A stretch of DNA of 64,000 nt. It comes from the human T2T-CHM13v2.0 reference genome, Homo sapiens. The DNA is taken from assembly GCF_009914755.1 (NCBI RefSeq), contig NC_060928.1; one strand, written 5' to 3'. The stretch's first letter is position 1, and each line of letters opens with the position of its first letter. Both the position numbers and the translations under genes were made by a program. Under the pieces are notes generated by a model that saw only the letters and a program-made list of their open reading frames with translations, was not told where the DNA came from and ran no database searches. Below are positions 26,196 through 38,379 of this stretch, in pieces.

Positions 26196-28729
26196 TGTAA
26201 AAGACAGAATCAGAGTCCCAGACTCAAAGTGTAAGTATCAGAAGTTTTGAAAGGTACAAAGTATTCAAATGGCCCATAAGAAATTGATGAGGTTATAATG
26301 AAATAACATTACAGCACAAAAACAGCAGTTACTGTGTGCCAATCACTATTGTGAACATCCTATATTTAATCCTCTCAGCAATCATGTGAGGTAAGTATGA
26401 TTGGTGTCCCGGTTTTATACACACATAAACTGAAATGAAGATTAGTCAATACAATGCAAAAATGAAAAGAAGAGAAGAGAAAAAGATGGAAAGAGGAATA
26501 AATTAAGTTAGCTTTGATTTTCTTAAAGGGACAAAATACTACATTGTATCATAAACTGTGTGTTTCACCTCTTTGGTATTAGTGTTTCTTCTAGAAACAA
26601 TATTTCTCAAATTGATATAATTTCTCTAGCTGGGTTATATTTATAGTTAATCTGCAACACTATTCATTTTCATCTATATTGGGTTACAGACAATTCCCTT
26701 TCACCAATGACAGTTATCAATGAAACAGGCAGATAGAAAAGAAATTGCTGCTTTAAATTGGAGAAAAATTGTCACAAAGGATTATTTTTCATATGCATAA
26801 CTACTCAAAACAAGACTGTGCAAGATCATTCTGAGTGACAGGAGACATCCTATCAGTCTGAAATATCACAAAAGCAATGATAAAAGCTTTGGGCTACAAC
26901 AGACTACTGCACTTAAATTAGGTGTACTGTGTATCAGATTTTAAAAAATATATAAATACCACATAGTTCGTTGCCAAAGTGAGTTGATTATTAAAGGAAA
27001 CATTAATTACAGACAGTGAGAAATTAGCATAGACATTTCTAAAGCAATATTATTTGTGAATGTAAACCTGTTTATTATTGATTTATATTTTCTGATTTTC
27101 TATCAGTGATTCATAGCTGAATTTATTTCTCATTGTCTTATACAGAAATAAATATTTTAAAGAGAAACTTATTGGTGTATGATATGTAATTCTTCCTTTA
27201 ATGTTATTTTGATTAAATAGTCATATTAACCCTCATTCACTCAGAATACCGATGTCTCTCAGTTTCTTCCCTGTGATCTCACTGCCATAAAAAACTCAAT
27301 TTTTGTATTTCTTACAGATTTGTCTTCCCTGCAAAATGCCTTGGGAACAGTCTTCATGTTATCATTTGCAAAATGCTGACTCACAGGAGATATTGAATAT
27401 GTGTTTGTTGACTGGCTACGAAATGGAAATGTATTGTTTTCTCTATTATGAAGAGAAAGTGAGGCAGAGCAAGCAGTTGGAGGAGAACGATATTTAACTG
27501 AGAAAGAAATATGTCCACAAGGAAGTGATCAACAATCCTACATGCTGCAAAGTGATTAAGGAGAATAAAGATCAAGAGGATGTAGAAGCCTGATTATAAC
27601 TGGAAAGAAAGTTAATACATCCTGAGGACAGCAGTAGGTGTAAACAACAAATTCATACATTTTGTAGAAAATAGAGGTGAAAAACTGGTTACAGAAACTC
27701 AGTGCACAGCAAGGGCAAATAAGCTTGTTTGCAAGCTAGAAGTCTTCTGTTGATGCCAAAGAAAGAAAATAGTATATTATGTAGCAGGAATGGACAGAGA
27801 AAGAACCTGTGAAATTTATTTTTATGGAAATTCACTTAAGTGTTTTTGTACTTTTATTGTATATTCTAAGCAAAATAATATTTTCCTAATTGACTCAATA
27901 ATTTTATAAAAATTGGCATCATATATGGCTAAAGAACAATTAAAATGCATTCATAAATTATTTAGTGATTGATTTGTTTGTTGTTTGTTTATTTATATTG
28001 TGCTGCATTCCACAGAGGAATTGAGATGTTTAGTGACAGCTAATATTTGCACATCCCATTCTTATTTACAAAGTATTTTACATAAACATTTAGACCCACT
28101 GAAATCCTTTTGTGAGAAAGGAAAGAAAACTCAGAAGAGGGTACTGAAAGTCAGTTAAGAGCAGAAAATATGTATGGGACATTTACCATTTGGTTGCAGA
28201 CTCTATGTTAGGTAGTATCCTATAGAAGTGCCCAAGGTTTCTTATCCTAGATAAGCATACATTGTAATGAAAGAAACAAACATATAAACAGGCAAACTCC
28301 AATATAGTCATTAAAATAAATGCATATGCAACATGATATGAGAGCAAAGAAGGGAAAGGACAATTTAGGAAGAGCTTCCCAGAGGGATTGATAATTAATT
28401 GAAAGTGTGGGGAGGTGAAAGACTTCAGGTCTGTGTACTTGGGATACGTTTTTGCCATTATTGTAAGTTGTACGTATATGAAAGCTAAGAGATTTATGAT
28501 ACTAGATAATTCAATTTTATTTTGAACCTTAGGAGCTTAACGTAACTGAGAGACAGACATGACACACAACATGTATGAGGACATAAAGGAGGTAGAAATG
28601 TAGGATGCGGTCAGGGAGAAAAAGAAACACCAGGCAGGAGTCGTTAGGGAGTCATTAGCATAATGATGGAATTTTCAATCAGGTGTGTAAATTAAAACAA
28701 TGGAAGAGAAAGTACAGAAAAAGTGGCAC

Positions 28730-28840
28730 AATGGTGAGACGATGGATATGTTATTTTGCTTCACTAACCTCTTTACTATCTATGTGGATCCTTTAACATG
28801 TTGAATACCCTAAATGTACACAATAAAATCTGCTAAAAAG
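28730..28840 (+). mobile_element. Short L1MA 3'-terminal fragment within L2-like sequence
   Basis: GATGGATATGTTATTTTGCTTCACT...CATGTTGAATACCCTAAATGTACACAATAAAAT. Confidence 0.55.
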
Positions 28841-30188
28841 TAAAGCACAATTAACTAGTTTACAACTCTTTGTAATATAAAATGTTTCAAGGTCAAATAT
28901 GGGGATCAAATCCCGTAAAATGAATACAAAGGACTGGGGGAATACCAGACAAGATAGTGTTTATAAGATAGAAGAAGAAAGAGTTTGAAAAATGAGCATC
29001 AAATGCATCAGAAAGTCTCAATAAGATGTATACTGAAGAATCCGTTCTAGAAAATCAGCAGTAATATAATGGAAGAAATAGAAACTGAGTTAATATATTT
29101 AAGTATGGGAAGTGAATAGTGAAGCTCTTACTTCCTGGATGAGTCTTATAATACTTGGCTGACAGAGGAGTCAAAAAATACAGGAAACCTAGAAGAAAAA
29201 TATAAGGAGCCTATAAAGAGGCAATTTTGACAAGAAACCCAAATGACTCACATACATAACTGATGCATTGAGTCTGTTGGCTTTAATGGGGCAAAAATAA
29301 GAAATGACTTTATTTTTATTCCATTACTATGTTCAGTCAGGCTCTGCCAAATTTCTCACATCTACCCGTCGATGATCTCTAGGAATCCCAGAGCCTTTCC
29401 TTTACTTTTATTTATATGAGTAGTCTTATTTTGGTAGTTGCTACTTACTTTCAGATATAATAAGGTTCTGTTCACTCCTGTATCAAACTTTAATCTTACG
29501 GCAAATAAAATTTTTCTCTATTATTCTGGGCTCACACAAGAACCGTAGCTTAGCTTCCTTCAGACGGGGAAGCATGGGAGCATGATATAGAAAACAAGAA
29601 GGGGGCAAAAGCATTTCATTTATGTGATGCAGGTAGTAATTTTCACTTGGATATCAATGCTCTTTGTGAACAGAAAGTACACTTTTCTATGCAACACATT
29701 TGAAGATTCATTCAGTTAAGCCTGAACGGTTCTGCAGATAATCAGTTAATAGTCTCCTATCCTTACAGGTAAGTCAGACTTCTCCAAGAGGCTGCCTTAC
29801 AGACCCTTCCCAAACCTCGAGGTGACCTTCTCAGGAATTGTAGAGGATGGAATCTCAAGAGTCCAGCTCTCATGAATACGCTCTGTCCGCATCTGGGGTC
29901 TGTGAAGTGTGGCTTTTTAAGTTTTCATGTGGCTTCCAAAAATGTAAATAGAAAAGCCTGAAAACAGCAACATGTGAACACCTGCAATCGAGCTATTACT
30001 GACGTTTGAATTAACACAGTAGCAGTCATATAGGGAATTTTACTTCTTTACATGAATTCCTTATCATCTCACCCCAACTTTGGAGGAGCCACCAGTGCAG
30101 AAACAGAGAGAGGCAGTGGAAAAGAAAAGAATGAAAGAGCCAGTGCTTCTCTTCCCTGCTGCATATCCTTAGGCCCAGGTGCACGAAT

Positions 30189-30978
30189 TGAAATGGGAGG
30201 AGTTGCCTTAACCGCCTCACAGGGCTTGTGACAAGGGTGCGGCTCACTTCTTTGGCGTCCTGCTGCTCAAACCCTTATAAGGAGCGTGCAGACTGGCAGG
30301 TCGTGGGGAGCGTTTTGGGCTGCGACCCCACAGCAGCGTGGAGAGTTGAGTGTTTACGGCTCCGGAAGCCACAGTGGGCGTTGTGTTACAGTGTGCTCTT
30401 TCAGTTTTGCCATGACAAGGCGGCTTGTGTTAGTTAGCTCTGCCTTATCGCTAGGACAGAGGGCTTTCTGTTTCCCAGGTTTTTACCCTAGTGTACCAGA
30501 AAAATCGGATCACACGTGGGCTTGGAGGATGGGCGCAAGGTTTTATTGAGTGGTGGAAGTAGCTCTCAGTAAGATGGTTGGGGAGGCCAGAAAGAGGATG
30601 GAGTAGGAAGGTGGTCTTCCCCTGGAGTCTGGTCACCCAGCAGCCGGATTCTCCTCCGACTGGCCCCAGCCGAATTGCAGGTCATCCCACCCTTGATGGC
30701 CTGCTGGCATCTGCTGCCGTCTGTCAGTGTGCTCTTCTGCTCCTCTGCTCCTCTCGACGTCCAGCCCCTTGTGTCTGTGCCTGCTAGGGTCTCGGGTTTT
30801 TTTATGTGCACAGGATGCGGGGCGTGGCGGCCCCCAGTGGTCTTGGAAAAAGCAATTTTTGGGCGCGAAATCAGGAGTGCCTATTCTCTGTTAGGTCTGG
30901 TGCACAAGCTTGATGGTGGAGCCCTTGCCAGGGACCCCGCCCTTCTCTACCCAGCCCTTCCCTCCCCCTCCTGTATCG
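30189..30978 (-). mobile_element. LTR1 family (LTR1B-like; HUERS-P2) ERV1 solo LTR
   Basis: Minus strand begins (C)GATACAGGAGGGGGAGGGAAGGGCTGGGTAGAGAAGGGCGGGGTCCCTGGC and ends ...CTCCTCCCATTTCA; TATA-like CATAAAAAAA and AATAAA in the expected order. Confidence 0.85.
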
Positions 30979-31259
30979 TTACCAAAGGGAATTGGGAGAC
31001 TTTGAATAGGATGTGAGAATAATGTTTACGATACATCTCCATTTTATATCAGACAATTGCATAGATTACATAGAATTGCATAGATTACATAACATGTTTC
31101 AGAGATCCTATGTTCTATTTATTTACTATTTACTATCTAATACTATGTAATAGTATTTAATACCATTTACTTTTTAATACTACTTATTATTTATTCTTAG
31201 GCAGAAACAATAAGATCTTTTAAAGGTAAGCTTTCTTCATCTGAACAAATATCCTTATT

Positions 31260-34200
31260 ATTTATTTTGTATTTTAACTGCTCTATTGAGACAATCTTTG
31301 ACATATGAAAGTCATACATATTTAAGATATACAACTTGATGTTTTAATATACATGAACATTATGGAATGAACATCAGAATCAACCTAATTAATATCTTCA
31401 TTATCACCGTACAGTTATGTGTGTGTGTATGTCTCTGGTGAAAAGATTATGATCTATTTCCTTAGCAAATTACAAGTATACAATGCAATATTATTAACTA
31501 TTATCACCATGTTGAACATTAGAGCTCCAGATATTATTCATGTTTCATAACTGAAACTTTGTACTATTTGCCAACATTACCACCATTTCCGCCTCCACTT
31601 AACCACTGGCAACCACCATTCTACTCCCCGATTCTATGAATTTGACTATTTTAGCTTTGAAATATGAAAGATTAGGCAATATTTATCTTTCTGTATCTGG
31701 CTTATTTCACTTATCATAATATCCTTCAGCTCCAAACATGTTGAAACAAATGGCATGATCTCTTTTTTTAAAGGCTGAATAATATTCAATGCATAAATAT
31801 ATACCACATTTTCTTTCTCTATTCATGTAGGTTGTTTCCATATCTTGGCTGTTTCGAGTAATGCTTCAATGGACATGGAAATGCAGATACCTCTTTGTGA
31901 TCCTGATTTCAATTCCTATGGTTATATACCCAGAAATGAGATTGCTGGACCATGTGGTAATTCTATTCTTAACTTTTTGAGGAACAACCATGCTATACTG
32001 CATAATGTGTGTACTTACCTTCCCACCAGGAGTGTATAACGGTTCTGTTTTTTTAAAGAAATCTGTCTAACACTTGTTTTCTCTTTTCATTTTGGTAATA
32101 GTCATCTTAACGGGTATAAAGTGTACAAGGTGATATCTCACTGTGGTTTTGATATGCATGTCCCTGATGATTAGAGATGTTGATTGAGCACGTTTTTAAT
32201 ACATCTGTTAGCCAATAAATTTCTTATTTTGTGAACTGTCTTTTTAGGTCTTTTGCCCATTTTTAAATTGGGTTATTGGTGTTTATGTTATTGAGTTTTC
32301 TGAGTTTCTTTTATATTTTGGGTATTAATCCCCCACCAGAGGTATGGTTTGTAAATATTTTCTCTCATTCTCTAGGTTGCCTTTTCATTTTCTCAATTGT
32401 TTCGTTTGCTGTGCAGAAGGTCTTTAGTTTGATGTAATTCTACTTGTCTATTTTTGGTTTTGTTGATGTGCTTTTGGTATCATACCTGAAAAATTATTGC
32501 CAAGAGGAAAGTCAAAAATGTTTCCTCTATATTTTCTTTTTTGAGGAATTTTACTGTTTCAGGTCTTACACTGAAGTCTTTAATCAATTTTGAGTTGATT
32601 TTTTTTGTTTGGTGTGAGATAAGGATCCAATTTCTTTTCTTTGCATGTAGATATCCACTTTTCCTAGCACCATTTATTAAACGGATTATTCTTTCCCTAT
32701 TGTGTGTTCTTGGCAGCCTTGTCAAAAATCAGTGGACTGCAAATGCATGGGATTATTTCTGGGTTTTCTAGAGTGAAGACAAGAGGGATTTTTATTTTAA
32801 ATGCTAATCTGCCATGTATCTCCTGACCAACCCTGAGTTTGGGAGTGCTTCCAAAATGTCTAGTTGATGTATTATTCCTTATGGAGAAAAAGCTGTTCAC
32901 TGTAAGTTACCTCCCAAATAACTCTTGATGCTGTTGCAGAAATTATAGCCCTTAACACTCATAGCCACCTACACATTCCTTCTAGAGCATGTGTATTTTC
33001 CACAAAATATAAGCCCTGTGTCTTGGGGGTTTCAGTGTGGAGATCTTGTCTTGCAGCTGCCCAAGGCCATGCTTATCTTTGTAAGTCCCGCTAATAAATG
33101 ACCCAAAACCAACAAACAGGATTTTTCTGCCTTCTTTGGTTTCTCAGCTCCTTCTGTGTTTGGGGGTCACTTTCTACACACAGCCCTTTCATGGAAAATT
33201 TATTTTGTTCAATTGATTAATGTTTGTGTTTTTAATGTTAGTATCATACTTTATTAATTACTATAGCTTTATAATATAATTTGAAGTTAGAAAGTGTGAA
33301 ATCTTCAGTTTTGTTCCTCTTGTTCAGTAGTTATTGGCTATGTGGATCATTGTGATTCCATAGCAATTTTAGCATTATTTTTTTCTATTTCTGTAAAAAA
33401 TGTCACTGGGACTTATAGATTTGATTCTACTGGATTTGTAGATAGCTTAGGGAAGTATGAATATTTTTCACAATATTAATTCTTCCGATCCACGAATATG
33501 GAATGTCTATTCATTTATATATTTTAAAACATTCTTAATCAAGGTTTTATAATATTTTTATACAAGTATTTCACCTCTTTGGCTCAGTTAATGCCTAATT
33601 TTTTTTTCTTTTAGTTGCCAATGTAAATGGGATTATTTATTCTTAATATCCCTCTTAAATAATTCATTGTTAGTGTGTAGAAATGCAACAGATTTTTATG
33701 TTAATTTTATTTCCTGCAAATTTACTGAATTCCTTCATTAGTTAATAGTTCTTGTGTGTGTGTGTGAGGGAGTCTTTATAGTTTCATTCATATGATTATG
33801 TAATCTGTAAACAGATAATTTTACATCTTTGTTTCAATTTTGAATGCCTTTTATTTCTTTTTTCTATTCTCAAATTATTTTATTTCTGCTCTAATATTTA
33901 TTATTTCATTCCTCCTGCTAATTTGGGGTTTTGTTTGTTCTTCTTTTTCTAATTCTTTGAGTTGTAAATTCAGGTTGTTTAATCGAGATCTTTCTTTTTT
34001 AAATGTAGATGCTTAATCCTATAAACTTCCCTCTAAGTACTTTTGATACATGCCGTACATTTTGGTAAATTTTGTTTTAGTTTTCATTTGTCAAAAGGCA
34101 TTTAAATTTCCTTATTTACCTAATGGTTGTTCAAGAGTGTGTTAGTTAGTTTCCACATGTTTGTAATGTTTTCTAGGGTGTGTTATTTTTCTTCTGTTAT

Positions 34201-35270
34201 TGATTTCTAGTTTCATTCCAGTGTGGTCTTAAGAAGATACTTGCTATAAGTTTAATCTTCTTTAATATGTTTAGACTTGTTTTGAGACCTAATCATAATC
34301 AATTCTGAAGAATCCTGTGCTCTTGAAAAGAACAGGTATTCTGCTGCTGTTAGGTTGAAAGTTTTATGTGTGTCTGCTTTGTCCATTTGGTCTACAGCAT
34401 TGTTCAAATCAGCTATTTCCATGTTGATATTTGGCCTGCATGATCTGTCTGTCATTGAAGGTGCGGTAGTAAAGTCTCCTGCTTCATATATTGCTGCCTA
34501 TTTATCCCTGAAGATCTCTCTGTATTTATTTTATATATTTAGGTACTCTGATGTTGGTGCTCTAATTACTCTAATTGTAATAATTACAATTATTTTATTT
34601 TTCTTTTAAATTGAAATTTTTATCGTTATATAATTATCAACTTTGTCTGTGGTGAGTTTTGTACTTAAAGTCTATTTTTTTCTGGTATAAATATAGATAG
34701 CCCTGCACTCCTGCTTTCTTATGGGTAATATTTGCATAAAATATCTTTGTTCATCCCTTCACTTTCAGTCTATATGTGTGTCTTCATAACTAAAGTCTTC
34801 CGTAGACAGCATGTCATTGGGCCTGGTTTAAAAAAAAATCCGTTAAACACTATGTAACTTTTAATTGGAGAATTCAATCCATTTACATTTAAAGTTATTA
34901 TTGATAGTTAAGAATTTACTGTTGCCATTTTGTTAATTATTTTGTGTTTGGAAATTCTTTTGTCCCTTTCTACTTCTCTTGCTGTCTTTTTCTTTTTAAT
35001 TGATCATTTTTGTGGTGATTTTGTTTTATTCTTTTGTCTTTATCTTTTTAAAAATTCTACCATAGATTTTTCTTTTGTGGTTACCATGAGGCTTGTATGT
35101 ATCTTCCCGTAAACATCTGTTTTAATTTTGTAACAATTTAAGTTCATTTGTATTTTAAAACTCTGCACTTATACCCCCTCCCAAATGCACATTTTGATTC
35201 TTAGAGTTTACTTTTTTTCATACTGTGAATCTGTTACCAAATTTTATTGGTCATATTTTTACTCATATTT
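31260..35270 (-). mobile_element. L1MA-type element (3'UTR to ORF2 5' region), internally deleted and interrupted by an LTR
   Basis: Antisense 3'UTR and ORF2 (PLIFDKAAKNTQ; EN-region DLNNAVDQMD...TAAEYLFFS); apparent jump near 33860. Confidence 0.85.
32774..33198 (+). mobile_element. ERV1 MER4-group solo LTR (MER67/LTR56-like) nested in L1MA
   Basis: TGAAGACAAG...ATATAAGCCC (TATA)...AATAAA...TTTGGGGGTCACTTT...GCCCTTTCATGGAA; L1 resumes after it. Confidence 0.65.
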
Positions 35271-35615
35271 TTCCATTGACATGAGAGTATAGGTGGCAAA
35301 AATATTAGTGTGGTTTATCTCTTTTATGTTTTTCCCTCCTCTCTGGAGGTATTATCCCGCTGTAAGAGAGTAGATGATATCCAGACAAGCTTCCTTAACC
35401 CCAGCTTCTCAAACAAAAGGCTCTGAAATTTCCCCATGATGTCATTAAAGGTAATAAATAAATTTTATAAAGTATGTTTAATGGAAGAACTCAATGTGAT
35501 AAAAAAGAGTATCAAAAGGTGATAAAGCCTAATGTTCAAGGAAATGCCATTTAAACTGAGATTCTACTTCAAATCCAGAAGAATGACAAAAAATAAGAAA
35601 CTTATACAATACCCA

Positions 35616-35944
35616 TGTGTTAATCCATTTGTGCTACTATAACAAAATTCTATCAACTTGATAGCTTATAAACAAGAAAAGCTTATTTCTGAAGGATAGG
35701 AAGCTCAAGATCAAGGCAGATTCAGTGTTGGGAAGGGCTTATTTCAAGGTCCATAGATGGTGACTTCTCATTCTGTCTTCACAGGGCAGAATGCCAAATG
35801 AGCTCCCTTTGGCCTCTTTTATAAGGGTACTAATTTCATTCATGAGGGCATTGCCCTCATGACCTAATAGCCTTCCAGTAGCTTGGGGTTAGAATTTCAA
35901 TATATGAATTTGGTGGAGGGGAGGCAAACATTCAGACCATAGCA
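35616..35944 (-). mobile_element. MLT1A MaLR solo LTR inserted in old L1ME 3' region
   Basis: TCCATTTGTGCTACTATAACAAAA...TTTATAAGGGTACTAATTTCATTCATGAGGG...ACATTCAGACCATAGCA. Confidence 0.8.
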
Positions 35945-36873
35945 TCAAGTACTGGACAAAGTATGGACAAATGGAAACCTTTATGCATTGCTATTAACAT
36001 AATATGTCCTAGAAATTCCACTTTGTAATACATAGCCCAGATAACATTTTGTACTGATTCAAGAGATGATAGGTCAGAGAATGTTCAGTGAAGGATTCTT
36101 TGTTTCAGCAGTGAGTAGGAGCCAGCCTCCATGCTCATTTCTGAACAACTGAGTAAGGAAAACACAGTAAACGTCATTATAGAATTTTATATGACAGAAG
36201 CAACAAGCTAGATGTAATTAGCAATATACCTACATTTTCACATCATTATGTTAAATGAATAACAAGGTTAGAATAGCAAAATACCATTTATGTATATTTA
36301 AATATATGTAATATACATATAAAACTACATATATTACAAGGACACATATTTTTACAAATACATAAATAGGTGTTTGACTAAATGTCAGTGGGGAGCAGAG
36401 TATATTTATGTATAAAAGCAATATAATTAACAATAATAAATATAAAAAATAAGAAGGGCATTACGTTAATAGCAGTAATGTTCTGCTCACTAATAAAAAT
36501 TATTGACTCAATTATTTGTAATTGTGCCATAAAAATAAATGAAGGAAGAAGGATAGGGAGGGAAGGAAAGAGAGCTGTAGCATAGTCTATACCAAAAGGT
36601 AGATGGCAAAGCAAAAGAAGGTTTTATTTTCATGATTTATTGATATAGTTGTTGCTATTTTCCTTTCATTTCCTAAATATAGGAGATATAATTACCTGTT
36701 TAGAATGAAGAAAATGAAACAGTAGAAGAAACATTCACAATGTGGAAAAGCATGTCTCAAAGAGTTAAAGTATCTTTTTCTAAAGTAAAAAGCTATTAAG
36801 TGGACAATTTAATATGGGAATACAAAAATTCTGACTCTAAATCCAGTATTTTTTCTAACATATTATAAGTTGT

Positions 36874-37204
36874 TGATATGGTTTGGCTGTGTCCCTACTG
36901 AAATATCATCTTCAATTCCCACATGTTGTGGGAGGGACCCTGTGGGAGTTGATTGAATCATGGGGCCAAGTCTTTCCCATGCTCACGAGATCTGATGGTT
37001 TTATAAGAAGGAGTTTCCCTGCACAAGCTCTCTCTTTTCCTGCTGCCATCCATGTAAGATGTGACTTGCTCCTCCTTGTCCTCTGCCATGATTGTGAGGC
37101 CTCCCCAGCCATGTGGAACTGTCAGTCCTTTAAATCCTTTTACCTATATAAATTACCCAGTCTCAGGTATGTTTTTATCAGCAGCATGAAAATGGACAAA
37201 TACA
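36874..37204 (+). mobile_element. THE1B MaLR solo LTR
   Basis: TGATATGGTTTGGCTGTGTCCC...TTTCCCTGCACAAGCTCTC...CAGCAGCATGAAAATGGACAAATACA. Confidence 0.9.
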
Positions 37205-38379
37205 ACTGTATACACATAAATGTAAAATAATGCAATATTGTATATGCATAAAGTCAATTCACGTTGAAATCTAATTTGTTCATTATCAGTTTTCATATTT
37301 ATTTCGACTAATTGTCCAAATTGATTTCCTCAAATATGCTTGATCACAGTAACATTTTTATTGTTGTAAGAACACTGAACATGATATACATTCTCTTAAC
37401 AAAATTTTAAGTGTATAATATAGTATTGTTAACTATAGGAAAAATGTTATGTGGCAGATCTTTACAATTTAATCATCTGGCATAACTGAAACTTATCCAT
37501 GAAAGAGTATACAAATTGGTCCATAGAAAATAATAGGGAGCCTGGCATCATTATATCCCACCATGTTTCTGAGATTTGTGATCAATCACATATTATATCA
37601 CTAATCTTATTCTTTGTTTTTTATTGTGTATAGTAGACGTTTCCATATAATGATAATCAGATGGAATATACATTTATACATCTGTTTTATGTTTTATTCA
37701 TTCACAGAAGTATGCCATATAAAACAATGTAAAGCATATTTAATTTTTATTAATAGCTGAAGTAAAACAAATTTTTTCTCAAGATTTAACATAATTTTTC
37801 TGTACATTAGGGTTATTTTTCCTATTTAACAACATTCAGGTAGGCAGAAAGATCAAGTAACAAATTCCTCTGAGATCAGCTTTCAGATTTTCTATGCCTT
37901 TAATGATAGTGCCTCAGTAATTCCTGCTCCCGCCCCCTTGCCTGGGAAATGTGAGACTGGCTGGTAGTTGGCTTCCATGGACAGTAGGAAGAGAGTTTTC
38001 AGTGCAGTCCGCTGAAGCCCAGGTTGAGAAAAAAGTCAAAATGAGACTGGTAGGTCAACATACATATGTCAATTGCATGTCAATTGCATTAAATAATCAT
38101 TTTAAAACATGGAGAAGATGAGAAGGATTGGGAGAGATGCCCAGAATTACTCTGCAATTCTGTTCAATCATTTCAGAATACATTTAAAAAATTCCTTGAT
38201 ACATTAAAGTGAAATATAATAACACTGAAGTAGTTTAATTTACAAAAAAAAGTGTTTTTTTCCTCCCATGTAATTTTGGTTTTCATTCTTTTAATCAAAT
38301 CCCTGAGAGTCCCTTTCCAAAGGGTAAAATAATAGGCCTCATTAATTTCCAATTGCACTTTATAACTGTGTACATAGTA

